Shown piece by piece: positions 22,621-34,856 of a stretch of DNA of 64,000 nucleotides. The DNA comes from Scyliorhinus canicula (Eukaryota): contig NC_052149.1 in NCBI RefSeq assembly GCF_902713615.1, positions 125,739,256 to 125,803,255 on the forward strand, given 5' to 3'. The notes under the pieces are model-generated. The model made no database searches and was not told the DNA's origin. It worked only from the letters and a program-made list of their open reading frames with translations. Numbering within the stretch: position 1 is the stretch's first letter; each line of letters opens with the position of its first letter. The position numbers and the translations under genes are program-made.

Positions 22621-25600
22621 AGTTGTATCAAATTGCTGAAAATTCTAAAAGGAATGAAACCGAACAGACCTCCCGGCATCGACATAGACCCCAGAAACAA
22701 CAACGGCAAACCCAACCCTGTCGACCCTGCAAAGTCCCTCCTTCCTGATATCTGGGGACATGTGTCAGAATTGGGGGAGCTGTCCCACTGACTGGTCAGA
22801 CACAGTCATACTTTCAGAATTATGCTTCACAGATAATGCGCGCAATTCTCCGGAAACATTTCAAAGTGTTAGCGAGCGGGAATTGCTGCAAAGTTCCCGG
22901 CTCTCAGCCCAGCGAGCCGGCAACTCTATTCCGCGTTAATTGGTCCATTGACGAGGCCTCACGGATTTCTTGTCTCAAATAAAGGCTCGCCAGCTGATTC
23001 AACGATAGCACGTTCGCTAACCCCCCACTAACAAAGTCGAACAGCACTTCACCCCTCCATCACCCCCCCTCTCCCACCACTGTGAACCACGCTTGTAGCT
23101 AACGATGCCCTCTCTGTGTCTCCTCAGGAAAAGCTCTCCCATAACCATCGGGAGAGGGCCCAGACTGGTGGACATAAGAATCCTCACCTCTTTGAGGAGC
23201 AGGCCCTGGATGTGACGGTGTAGCCGAGGACAGAATAGTCACCCACACAGAGGCTGGCGGATGCTGCTGATGTGAGGAACCACCAGAATCCACCCAGGAA
23301 CCTGTCAAACGTGAGTTATTATTGCCTTACTGACTGGCCCATCCCTCCCACTGACCACATGTCCATTCTCCCGCAAGTCCTCCAGCCGACGGCGCCAGCC
23401 CTTCCCGTGAGGCCTCCTCTCCTGACTCCGAGCAGAACACCTCAGAGGAGATCTCCAAGGATACAACCTTTATAATCGTGTCACAGGGCAGCACGGTGGC
23501 CTAGTGGTTAGCACAACCGCCTCACTGCGCTGAGGTCCCAGGTTCGATCCCGGCTCTGGGTCACTGTCCGTATGGTGTTTGCACATTCTCCCCGTGTCTG
23601 CGTGGGTTTCGCCCCCACAACCCAAAAATGTGCAGAGTAGGTGGATTGGCCAGGCTAAATTGCCCCTTAATAGAAAAAATAATTGGGTAATCTAAATTTA
23701 TAAAAAAAAAATAATCGTGTCACAGCTGTCATCTCCCCCTCCACCAGTGCAGATACACACACCTCGGTGGAAAACCCATCCCCAGCCGAGGGTCCCTCAT
23801 CCCCCATCCAGCACTCGGGTGGCAAACCCAGTGCCCCCGGGCTCTTTGCCTGTGAGTAAAGATGGCTACTCACCTCCTCAGCTCCCCACAGAAGCCCTTC
23901 CGCCAGGTTCACCATTTTAAATGGAGTACTAATCGGCGTCAGCGTGACCACTTGCTGGGGAGGCGGCTGAATGATGGGAGGCCGTTGGATATGGGGTCGC
24001 TCCCGTTAATTGTATGGAAATGGGGCTTACATGGTGATAATTGGTTTCTTGCCGCGCTACGGCGAGATCCTGATTTGGCCTATGGGAGCGGCCGGTTACA
24101 TCGCAAACTGTTTGGCACCTGGCACGGATCTCATTTTTGTCCTCTCCCGCTATTCACCGGCCTTGTTTGAACGAGAGCGCAAAGAGGCTGGAGAATTGTG
24201 GCCAATGTCCCAGACAATATCACCATTCCCTAGGTATGTCCTGTCTCACCAGCAGGACAGACTCAGCAGAGGTGGGGGCAAAGTGGTATACTGTCGGGAG
24301 GAGGTGCCCTGGGAATCCTCAACATCAAATCTGGACCCCATGTAGTCTCATGGTGTCAGGTTAAACATGTGTTAAATATGATTACCAGACCCCACATCTC
24401 CCTCAGTTTATGAGACAGCACCACAATGTTGAACACCACTTGGAGGAAGCACTGAGGGTGGCATGGGTGCAGATTATACTCTGAGTGGGGACCTTCAATG
24501 CCCATCACCAAGAGTGGCTCAGTAGTACCACCACATGCCAAGCTGGCCAGGTCCAAAAGGACATAGCTGCTGGACCTGGGACTGCAGCAGGTGGTGAGGG
24601 AACCAACAAGAGGGACAAACATACTTGGCCTCATCCTCAACAATCTACATTCCACAGATACATCTGTCCATGACAGTATCGGTAGGAGTGACCACCACAC
24701 AGTCCTTGTGGAGACAAAGATCCATCTTCATATTGAGGACACACTCTATTCTGTTGTGTGGCACTACCACAGTGCTAAATGGGATAGATTCAGAACAGAT
24801 CTAGTAACTCAATACTGGGCATCCATGGGTCATCAGCAGCAGCAGAATTCGACTGAACCACCATCTGCAACCTCATGACTCTGCATGTCTCCCACTCTAC
24901 CATTATCACTGAGCCAGGGGTGCAACCCTGGTTTAATGAAGAGTGCAGGAGAGCACGCCAGGAACAACACCAGGCAATCTGGTGCATTACAACACAGGAC
25001 TACTTGTGTATCAAACAGCACTTTCAGCAAGTGACAGACAGAGCTAAACAATCCCAAAACCAATGGATAAGATCTAAGCTCTGCAGTCCTGTCACATCCA
25101 GCTGTGAAAGTTGGTGGACAATTAAACAACTCACTGGAGGAGGAGGCTCCACAAATATCCTCATCCTCAATGATGGAAGAACCCAGTGCATTCGTACTAA
25201 AGACAAGGCGGAAGCATTCACAACAATCTTCAGCCAGAAGGGCCGAGTGGATGATCCATCTCGGTCTCCTCCTGAGGTCTCCATATCACAGATGTCAGTC
25301 TTCAGCCAATACGATTCACTCCACGTGATATTAATAAACGGCTGAAGGCACTGGATACTCAAAGCCTATGGGCCCTGACAATATTCCAGCAATAGTATTG
25401 AAGACTTGTGCTCCAGAACTTGCTGCCCCCCTAGCAAGGCAGCATTTGACCGAGTGTGGCATCAAGGAGCCCAAGCTAAACTGGAGTCAATGAGAATTGG
25501 GGGCAAAACCATCCGCTGGTTGGTCTCATACACGGCACAAAGGAAGATGGTTGCTGTAGTTGGAGGTCAATCATCTCAGCTTCAGGACATAACTGCAGGA

Positions 25601-26265
25601 GTTGCTCAGGGTAGTGTCCAAGGCCCAACCATCTTCAGCTGCTTCATCAATGACCTCCCTTCCATCATAAGGTCAGAAGTGGGGATGTTTGCGGATGACT
25701 GCACAATGTTCAGCACCATTCACGACTCCTCAGATAATGAAGCAGTCCTTGTCCAAGTGCAGCAAGACTGGACAGTATCCAGAGTTGATTTGACAAGTGG
25801 TAAGTAACATTAACACCACAGAAATGCCAGGCAATGTCCATCTCCAACAAGAGAGAATCCAACCATTGCCTCTTGACATTCAATGAATGGTGTACCATCA
25901 TTGAATCCCCCATTATTAACATCCTGGGAGTTTACCATGAACCAGATAGTGAACTGGGCGAGCCACATAAATAGCAAAGTCATCATAGTCCCAGATGACC
26001 ATAGGCTGCTTTCCCCTTAGACAGGGTGATCTGGCTGGTGGTGATTTAACCTGATGGACATCTCACCTCAGGCGAGCGACAAGGTTCAGAATTCAGGATC
26101 AAAATCCAGGAATGCCCTCCCTAACAGCACTGTGGGTGTATCTACACCTCAGGGTCTGTAGCGGTTCAAGAAGGCAGCTCATCACCACATCCGCTGGGGC
26201 AATTAGGGATGGGCAGTAAATGCTGATCCAGCCAGTGACACCCACATCACATGAATGGATACATT
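22620..26265 (+). mobile_element. Older CR1/L2-group LINE remnant (EN-RT plus 3' tail)
   Basis: PTRGTNILGLIL, SDHHTVLV, AAFDRVWHQG, GVAQGSVQGPTIFSCFINDLP, MFADDCTMF. Split by a Harbinger element. Confidence 0.8.
22838..24203 (+). mobile_element. Harbinger-type TIR element with Myb-like remnant and internal SINE (~23485-23715)
   Basis: TIRs gcgcgcaattctcc / ggagaattgtggcc with TSD AAT. 23127-23175 translates EKLSHNHRERAQTGG. Confidence 0.78.
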
Positions 26266-26736
26266 TAAAAAATCTAACATCAGCCACTTCCCCATTCTGT
26301 TTAGGGCAGTTTGGACCCTTTCATCAGGATATTTGACTGAAGGAGCCATCACTACTTTGTCTAATTCTGTCCCCAAACAAAATCCCCACACAAAATGAAT
26401 TTACTTAGTGCCTTAATGTACAAAACATCCCAGGATGTTACGCAGAGCGACAGTAAGAGGAGCGAGGGAGTTGGGGGTATTTAAGGAAGATTAATCGAAG
26501 GCTTGGATTGAAGGATGGAGTTTGATGGAGTGGAGTGACCTGGAGAGGGGGAGGGTTTAAGGGTGAGAGTTCAGAGAGCAGGCCCTAGGCATCTGAAGGC
26601 TCTGCTGTCAATGGTGGGATGAAGGAAGTAGCGATGGGCAGGAGACCAGAGTCAGAGAATGGAAGGGTGAGGGAGGGAATGTGAGTCTGCAGCAGGATGC
26701 AGAGGTAGGGAGGAGTGAGGCCATAGAGGGAATTGG

Positions 26737-27488
26737 AGGTCAGTGAGGTTAGGGGCAATAGATCAGTGAGTTCAAAGTAACAGGTCAGTGAGATCAGGGC
26801 TAACAGATTAGTGATGTAGGGAATAACAGGTCAGTGAGGTCAGAATTAACAGGTCAGTGAGGTCAGAATTAACAGGTCAGTGAGGTCAGAATTAACAGGT
26901 CAGTGAGGTCAGAATTAACAGGTCAGTGAGGTCAGAATTAACAGGTCAGTGAGGTCAGAATTAACAGGTGAGTGAGGTCAGATTTAACAGGTCAGTGAGG
27001 TCAGGGATAACAGGCCAGTGTGGTCAGAATTAACATGTCAGTGAGGTCAGATTTAACAGGTCAGTGAGGTCAGAATTAACAGGTGAGTGAGGTCAGGGGT
27101 AACAGATTAGTGATGTAGGGAATAACAGGTCAGTGAGGTCAGAATTAACAGGTCAGTGAGGTCAGGGGTAACAGCACAGTGAGGTCAGAATTAACAGGTC
27201 AGTGAGGTCAGAATTAACAGGTCAGTGAGGTCAGAATTAACAGGTCAGTGAGGTCAGAATTAACAGGTCAGTGAGGTCAGAATTAACAGGTCAGTTAGGT
27301 CAGAATTAACAGGTCAGTGAGGTCAGGGGTAACAGCACAGTGAGGTCAGAATTAACAGGTCAGTGAGGACAGGGGTAACAGGTCAGTGAGGTCAGAATTA
27401 ACAGGTCAGTTAGGTCAGGGGTAACAGGTCAATGAGGTCAGAATTAACAGGTCAGTGAGGACAGGGGTAACAGGTCAGTGAGGTCAGG
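26737..27488. repeat. 23-bp minisatellite (~29 core units) built of AGGTCA half-sites
   Basis: Unit aacAGGTCAgtgAGGTCAgaatt; core 26824-27488. Confidence 0.95.
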
Positions 27489-27665
27489 GAAGTTCTGGAA
27501 TGGCACGTGGGATGCGAATCTTCTGCCTGTTGTGCTCTCGCTTGAGCTCATCCACCTTTGAGGGAGTCAGAAGGTGGAAAAAGGGGAAGCTGTAGATGTG
27601 ATGTACACGGAATTCCAAAAGGAATTTGGTCAGGTGCCACAAAAAATGTTACTGCACAAGATATG

Positions 27666-27780
27666 GGGCTGGATTCTTCGCCGCAAGGTCGTCACGGGTG
27701 GGACGCGGACCCTGTAAAGGTCCTTTGACCTCGGGCGGAATGTCCGGTCACCGGGTGGGTGTGGCTGGAGAATCCCGCCC
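27666..27780. mobile_element. 115-bp Harbinger-type MITE
   Basis: gggctggattct..ggagaatcccgccc with TSD ATG on both sides. Confidence 0.85.
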
Positions 27781-28340
27781 ATGATCCCATGGTATACAGT
27801 GTAATATCTGAATATGGATGTTGGATTTTTTGGTCAACAGAAATCAGGGAGTGGGGTAAATGCTTTGTTATGCGTTGGCAAGCTGCAACTACAGATCACG
27901 TTAGTCTGCAGGTCCAGCAAGTGACCAGGAAGGGAAATGGAATGTTGGTGTTTATTATAAGTGGAACAGAAAATAAAAAAGGGACATTTTACTGCAGCTG
28001 TACAGGGATAAAAGTTCAGAAGAACGAGACATGATCTTCAATAAAGATATCCTGAGGGAACTGATAGAGTGAATGAGATTGTTCCCTCCTCTCAGGTAGA
28101 GGGAGATGAAAACACAAAGGAACAAATAGAGAAATAAAGTGAGGGAGAAAGAGAGATAAAATCAGGGTGAAAGAGAGAGAGACAGAGAGAGAGTCTGAGG
28201 GGCAGGTATCAATGGAGGGAGAGAGGGGGGAGAGCAAGCAGATACAGTGAGGCAGGAAGAACAAGACAGAGAGACAGAGAGAGAGGGGGAGAGACAGAAA
28301 CTGAGGGACTGATACTGAGGGAGGGAGTGAGAGAGAAGAA

Positions 28341-28435
28341 GAGGAAGTGAAGGTGCTGACGTGGTGTCTCTGCCTCATACCATTTACATACTGAGGAACG
28401 GGCAGTCAGACTCTCACAGGCTGCAGCTTTATAAA
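28341..28435 (+). promoter_or_regulatory. Ig light-chain V promoter
   Basis: GAGGAAGTGA Ets/PU box (28341), TGACGT (28357), octamer variant ATTTACAT (28382-28389) and TTTATAAA (28428-28435), about 60 nt before the ATG. Confidence 0.7.
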
Positions 28436-28495
28436 GCAGAGCCCAGTGAAGGGAGAGTTTATCAGTAACCAGGCACAGGGACAGGAGCAGACACC

Positions 28496-28544
28496 ATGAT
28501 TTCAGCCATCCAGCTGATCTGGCCTCTGGCATTCTGCATCGCAG
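28496..28544 (+). CDS. IGKV: Ig kappa-type light-chain leader exon (MISAIQLIWPLAFCIA-G)
   Basis: ATG at 28496 in ACCATG context, hydrophobic signal peptide, phase-1 donor G|GTACAA. Confidence 0.95.
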
Positions 28545-28721
28545 GTACAAATCTCTCTCCTTCCACCTTGAATATTTTCCTGCTCTCCATTTCAATCCAA
28601 TTCTACTGACTTGTGATTGAAGGGAAAATGCTGAAAGCAGAGGAACAGTCAGTGTCTCCAACAATATCTCATTGTACAGGCTCTTTCTGTGACTTCACTC
28701 TGTTTCTCTATTACCCCTCAG

Positions 28722-29019
28722 GTATCAGTGGAGACATCATCATGACCCAGTCTCCCCCGGTGCTGTCATTGAGCCTGGGCCAGACTGCAACCCTCACCTG
28801 TACGGCCAGTCAATCTGTTAGCAGCAATGTTGCTTGGTATCAACAGCGAGAAGGTCAGAAACCGGCTCTGCTGATCTACAATGCAGCAACTCGATTCACA
28901 GGAATATCCGACCGATTCACCGGCAGTCAATCTGGAACACGATTCACCCTGACAATCAGCAACGTACAGAATGAGGATGTCGCTGATTATTACTGTCAGC
29001 AATATAACAGCTCCCCCTA
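28722..29019 (+). CDS. IGKV: Ig light-chain V exon, kappa-type (shark type III/NS4-like), unrearranged
   Basis: Acceptor ctcag|. [64 protein letters not shown] with intact Cys, Trp and Cys. Isotype from recalled similarity to shark kappa sequences plus V-12/J-23 RSS polarity. Confidence 0.95.
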
Positions 29020-29047
29020 CACAGTGATACAGAGCCTTACAAAAACC
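29020..29047 (+). promoter_or_regulatory. V 12-RSS
   Basis: CACAGTG-atacagagcctt(12)-ACAAAAACC, perfect consensus. Confidence 0.98.
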
Positions 29048-29391
29048 TCAGTATCCACAGCACCACCTCCTCTCCTGACACGAAGCACAGTTTTATATAA
29101 TATATGAACAGTTTTATATAAACACAAGAAAGGAAACTGAACAAATTATTTTCACTGTCCACTACACACTCCAGTCACTGAAGGCCTCAGGTTTTTTACT
29201 CTCCATGTCCACGTTATGAAGAGCAGCTGAAGGATTTATCATTCAAAATTGGACTTCTCAAATCTCCCAACAAAACACAGAGACATTGAGAGAAACAGAG
29301 AGAGAAAGAGTGAGAGAGAAAGAGAGTAGTGAGTGAGAGACAGTGAGAGACAGAGAGAGGGTGAGAGTGAGTGAGTGAAGCAGAGAGCAGA

Positions 29392-29430
29392 GGTTTTTGT
29401 ACAGCCCCTGCACTGGAAGCTGTCAGTGTG
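29392..29430 (-). promoter_or_regulatory. J 23-RSS
   Basis: GGTTTTTGT-23 nt-CAGTGTG (one mismatch, CAC intact). Confidence 0.97.
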
Positions 29431-29465
29431 GCGTACGTTCGGTAAAGGAACCAAGCTCAGACTGA
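29431..29465 (+). CDS. IGKJ: Ig light-chain J segment (RTFGKGTKLRL-S)
   Basis: FGxG motif and donor A|GTAAGT in phase with the C exon. Confidence 0.96.
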
Positions 29466-30259
29466 GTAAGTAAACCCCAATCCTCCGTTATTAACCCTTT
29501 CAATACTGAAACTTTCTCAAACACAAATGCTGAATAGTTGAAGGTGTTAGTGGGGAGCTGCAGTGAATGAAATGGTTCATTGAAGAACACTGTGTAGAAC
29601 AGGGTGCCCAGCTGTATTTCTTTAGTTCCATTCCCCCCTTTAAGCAGCAAGATATAAGTAAGCAGCTTTTACCCACCGTGTGGAGGAGATCTGGACGTTT
29701 GCAGACTGTGTTCACATTCCTGGACCATGGAGTGAAATCACTCACTAGACTCCTGTCAGTCTGCGTGTGACAGACACGGGCAGAGTTTGATGTGAGCTCT
29801 GGCTCCCTGTCACACTCTCTGATATAACTGATCACAGCAGCAGCAGCAACACAGTGAGACACCGAGGTCCCACTTCCCCCAGCTTTAACTCTGCTCTCTC
29901 CACTCCCTGCTTATCTCATGGCAAAGTTCTGATGACAAACAGGTCCAGCAGGGCTCACAATCCAGTGGCTTCAGTGTTCCAGGCTTTTGGGGAGACTCTC
30001 AGTTACTTTCTCTTTGGGTCGAGTTCAGTCCGATATTTATCCCTGATCCAATATTCCTGAAAATCCCTGGAGATATTTTTATTGTTTGATGTGATGTGTG
30101 ATCTCTTGTTGGGCCAGCATTTATTGCCCATCCCTAATTGCCCTTGAACTGAGTGTCTTGCTCGGCCATTCCAGAGGGTATTTCAGAGTCAACACATTAC
30201 TGAGGATCTGGTGTCACTTGTAGGCCGGACAAGGTCAGGATGGCAAATTCCCACTTCAG

Positions 30260-31620
30260 ACCCACACATCCCATAAATTAACTTTTAAAAATGGCCCAAA
30301 CTCCACTTTCCTGTCAGTCCCCATAACCTTTGACCCTCGTCAATCAGAAATCTGTCGAACTCAGCCTGGAATATATTTAATGTCCCAGCATGCACTGCTC
30401 TCTGGGAACGAGAATTCCAAAAACTAACGACCCTCTGGGAGAAGAAATTCCTCCTCATCTCCGCCTTAAATGGAGATCCCTTATTTTTAAACTGTGTCCA
30501 CTAATTCTATATTCCCCACGAGGGGAAACATTCTCTCAACATCCATCCTGTCAAGCTCCCTCGGAATCTTATATGTTTCAATAAGATCACCTCTCATTCT
30601 GCAATGAGTACAGACCCAACCAGCTCAACCTTTCCACATCAGACATTCCATTCCTCAGTGGAATCAGCCCAGTGAACCTTCTCTGAACTTCTTCCAATGT
30701 CGGAACATCCGTCCTTAAGTAAGGAGACCAACACTGTGCCCAGTACTCACGGTGTAGTCTCCCCAATGTGCTGTATCGATGGAGCAAGACTTCCCTACTT
30801 TTATACTCCATCCCCCTGTGTAATAAAGGACAACATTCCATTGACCTTCCTCATCACTTGCTGTACCTGCAGGTTAACTTTCTGTGATTCATACACAAGG
30901 ACACCCAGATCCCTCTGTATCACAGCTTTCTGCAGTCTCTCTCCATGTCAATAATATTCTGCTTTTCTATTCTCCCTAACAAAGTGGACAAGCTCACATT
31001 TCCCCACATTATACTCCATCTGCCAAATGTTCTCCCCACTCACTGAACCTATCAATATCCCTTTTCACACTCTGTATCCTCCTCACAACTTGCTTTCCTA
31101 CCTATCATTTTATCATCAGCAAATTTAGCTACAATACTCTCATTCCCTTCATCCAGCTCATTAATATAGATTGGAGAATTAAAACCCCAAACAACAGCCA
31201 TCTTCCTTTGTGCTGGGTATGACTCCAGCCAGCGGAGAGTTTTCCCTCTGATTCCCATTGACTCCAGTTTCGCTCGGGCTCCTTGATGCCAAACTTGGTC
31301 AAATGCTGCCTCGATGTCAAAGGACAGTTACTCTGGCCTCACCTCTGGAGTTCAGCTCTTTTGTCCATGTTTGAACCAAGGCTGTGATGAGGTCAGGAGC
31401 TGAGTGACCCTGGCAGATCCTTAACTGAGTGTCAGTGAGCAGGTTATTGCTGAGTAAGTGCTACTTGATAACACTGTCATTAACAACACCAATCATTTTG
31501 CTGATGATCGCGAGATGACTGATGGACAGTAATTGTCCGGATTGGGTTTGTCCAGCTTTTTGTTGACAGGACACACCTGGGTAACTGGTCGATGCCAGTT
31601 ATGTATCTAAACTGGAACAG
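30260..31620 (-). mobile_element. Decayed CR1-group fragments in the J-C intron
   Basis: Minus-strand LGRLHREYWAQCWSPYL..VQRRFTGLIP, KFADDK and AAFDQVWHQG-like segments. Confidence 0.7.
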
Positions 31621-32866
31621 CTTGTCTGGGGGTGTGACCTGGACACTAGACCACCAGAAATAGGGGGCGGATTTCTCCAGTGTTGCTATTCAATTCTCCC
31701 ACCAGCAGCACATCACCGCCAGCGGGTTTCACAGCAGCATCGGGTGGTTGCTGTGGTAAATCCCATTGACAATCGACGGACAGATATAATCCTGTCGCCA
31801 GAGAATGGCACGCAGCCAATAATCACGCGGCTGGTGAACCGGACGTTCCCGCACAGCAGCAAGGATAGATTATTCTGACCCCTGGACACAGAGGCTAATC
31901 GGAATCTCACTCTTGACCTGAGCCCAGGGCTGGGCAGCAAGGTTTGAAGTGAAATCTAGAACCTTCTACACTGGCAGCCAATCAGTATCCTTTGTGAAGT
32001 GTGTCGATCCACGTCTGCTCCAAATTTCTGGGATAAATTTCTCCGGTTCTGTGTGTGATTTGAGGTTTGTTAATGTTCAACCTGTTCCCCCAGAAATAAT
32101 GATCAATAGTTCGAGCATCCTGATAGGTTAATAGTCTCTTAAATGGGACACTGCATCTTTAAATACTCTCATTATTAACTATTTCAGTGCTGAATTTGTA
32201 GTGAACTTCTTTACAAATGTCTAAGTAACATTCCAAAATGATTTAACCAGCTTAACATCAAACCTTTACCTCCTGACACTGAACCAATTTGAAATCCAAT
32301 TTGTCACTTTCCCTTGGATTCCATCAGCTTTTAATTTCCAAACCCGTCTGTCATTGGAAACTTGGCAAAATCCTTGGAAAACTCATGTTGTCGACATCAA
32401 ACTCACTCCCGTCATCAATCCTCCTCGTTCCCTCCTCATCAAATTCAAAATCGCTCCCTCGGCCTATCCCTTCCTCCCTTTTTAAACAACGGTACAACAT
32501 TATCATCCACAAGTCCTCTGACACCAAGCCTGTAGTCAGAGAGGATTGGAAAATAATGGTCAGATCCTCCGCTATTTCTTCCCTTCCTTCCCTTAGCAGC
32601 CTGGGATACATTTCACCCGGGCCTGGGGGTCTCTCCCCTTTCAAAGCTGATAAACACGTTAATATCTCCTCTCTCACTATCTTTATCACATCCAATATTT
32701 CACAATTCTCCTCCTCCTGAACTCCAATGTCTGCTTTGTCCCTCGCATTAGTGAAAACTGATGTAAATTATTCATTAAGAACCATCTCCATGCCTTCCAC
32801 CTCCACACACAATTGCATTTTTCTCTCTAATTGATCCCACTCATTCATTAGTTATCCTCTCACAAT

Positions 32867-33541
32867 GGCCGGGATTCTCCCCTACCCGGCGGGGCAGGGG
32901 GTCCCGGCATAGCGGAGTGGCGCCAACCACTCTGGATTCGGGTCTCCCCAAAGGTGCAGAATTCTCCGCAACCTGAGGGGCTAGGCCCGTGCCAGAGTGG
33001 TTGGAGCCACGCCGACTGGTGCCAAAACCGGCACCAACGACCTTTGACGCACACTGCCCGGCGTCGGGGCTGGCCGAAAGGACTTCACCGGTCCGCGCAT
33101 GCGCTGGTGAGTCAGAGACGGGGGGTCTCTTCTCCCTCCACCATGGTGGAGGCCGTGGCGGCGGCGGAAGAAAGTGTGCCCCATGGCACTGGCCCTCCTG
33201 CCGATCGGTGGGCCCCGATCGCGGACCAGGCCACTGTGGGGGCACCCCCCGGGGTCCTATCACACCGCGCCCCCCCAGGTCCTCGGGGGCCTGCTTGCGC
33301 CGCCAATCCCACCGCCACCAGAGGTGGTTGAAACCACGTCGGCGGGAGAGGCTTGTCAGCGGCGGGACTTCGGCCCATCGCGTGCCGGAGAATCGCCGCG
33401 GGGGGCACGCCGATCGGCGGGGTGCGATTCCCACTCCCGCCGATTCCCGGGTGGCGGAGAATTCCAGCCACGGCGGGAGCGGGATTTACGCCATTCCCGG
33501 GCGATTCTCCGAAACTGCGGGGGGGTCGGAGAATTCCGCCC
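32867..33541. mobile_element. Harbinger-type MITE in the J-C intron
   Basis: ggccgggattctcc..ggagaattccgccc with TSD AAT; same family as 18852-19553. Confidence 0.88.
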
Positions 33542-34016
33542 AATGTCCCTCACCACTGCTTTGTGTGAACATATTTGTTCTGAAATCTCTCTATCTCCAT
33601 CTTGAATATTCTCCCCGGACTCTGTCACTGTTTTACCATCAAGTCGCTGTTTACTGTCCATTTTGGCAAATCCCAGTTTCGGAAAATTGGCCTTTCCCCA
33701 ATTTAAAACTTTTCCTCTTGGTCTGCCTTTACCCTTTTCCATTACTGCTCTAAATCTAACTGAATTATGATCACTATTACCCAAATACCCTCCCACTGAT
33801 ACCCCTTCACCTGCCCAGATTCAATCCACAAAACTGTCCAAAACTGCTCCTTCTCTTGTTGGGATTGTTCTGTACTGGTTAGAAAGGTTGCTCAGAATGG
33901 ATTGTCAGAATTCCGGATCATCTATACATTGACACATGTCTTGATTCCAGTTAATATTTGGGAAGTTGAAATCCTTTATTAAGGCAGCAATTAAAATTCC
34001 TTCCTTTCTCTTTCAG

Positions 34017-34345
34017 GCCGTGAGAATTCACAACCCACACTGACCCTGCTGCCCCCCTCCCTGGAGGAGGTCAAGACCAAGGGCACTGCCACCCTGGTGT
34101 GCCTTGCCAATCACTTCTATCCCGATGAGCTGGTGGTGGAGTGGAAGAAGGATGGTGCAGCCATTTCGGACGGGGTTCAGACCAGCAACTACCTGCGAGC
34201 TTCGGACAACACCTACAGTGTCAGCAGCCTGCTGACCCTCTCTGGCTCTGCCTGGGAATCCAACGCCCGCTTCTCCTGTGCCCTCACCCACGTGAGCCTC
34301 TCCTCTGCCCTCAGCAAGACCATCAGGAGATCAGAATGTGCATAG
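34017..34345 (+). CDS. IGKC: Ig light-chain constant exon C1
   Basis: Acceptor tttcag|GCCGT; (S)RENSQPTLTLLPPS..ATLVCLANHFYP..VEWKKDG..YSVSSLLTL..FSCALTH..RSECA*. C1-set Cys/Trp and the penultimate Cys are present. Confidence 0.97.
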
Positions 34346-34850
34346 AGTGTTAGAGACAGTCCACAGAGGAGACACAACTTTAAATAGAACAGGGGTGAGC
34401 TGGGAGGGCAAAGGTCATTGTTAGCACTGAATTCCGACTCTCTTCCTTCTCGGGACTGGGTCTGAGACACTTCTGAGGGTCAGGGGTTAAGTCATGTTTT
34501 TGGGACAGTGCAGAGAGATATTTACTCTGTATATAATCCCATGCAGCATCTGTTCTGGGAATGTTTGATGGGACAGTGCAGACTCGTGATGCCAAGTAAA
34601 ACCTCTCTAAGATGCTGAAGACTGTCAGCTGTACCAAAATAACGTGACCCCTGAAGTCTCAGCTATAGGAAACCAGACCTCCTTCCTGCTCACCCTGCAG
34701 TTACAATTTAAGGTTTAGTCACCGTTTAAAGGGACAGGATTCTCATGTCATTGAGAAAATCTCCATATTCTCCCTGTGAATTTCTCCAGCTTTCTCTGGC
34801 TGGGCTGTTTATTCAAGTCTTTCTTCTGACAATGTAAATCTGTAAAAGGT

Positions 34851-34856
34851 AATAAA
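34851..34856 (+). terminator. Polyadenylation signal of C1
   Basis: AATAAA about 500 nt after the stop, conserved in the inverted copy (60708-60713). Confidence 0.8.

Noticed and set aside
27176-27342. CACAGTG heptamers within the 23-bp array
   Set aside because: No nonamer at 12 or 23 spacing.
28209-29107. ORF-track proteins 28613-29107 (+) and 28209-28664 (-) as full genes
   Set aside because: The first is intron read-through into the V exon and RSS; the second is antisense to the leader and GA-rich tract.
29850-29856. Isolated CACAGTG in the J-C intron as an analogue of the mammalian kappa intron RSS / Kde system
   Set aside because: No nonamer, and I found no downstream 23-RSS partner at the CACTGTG sites checked. 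Several heptamers per strand are expected by chance in 64 kb.
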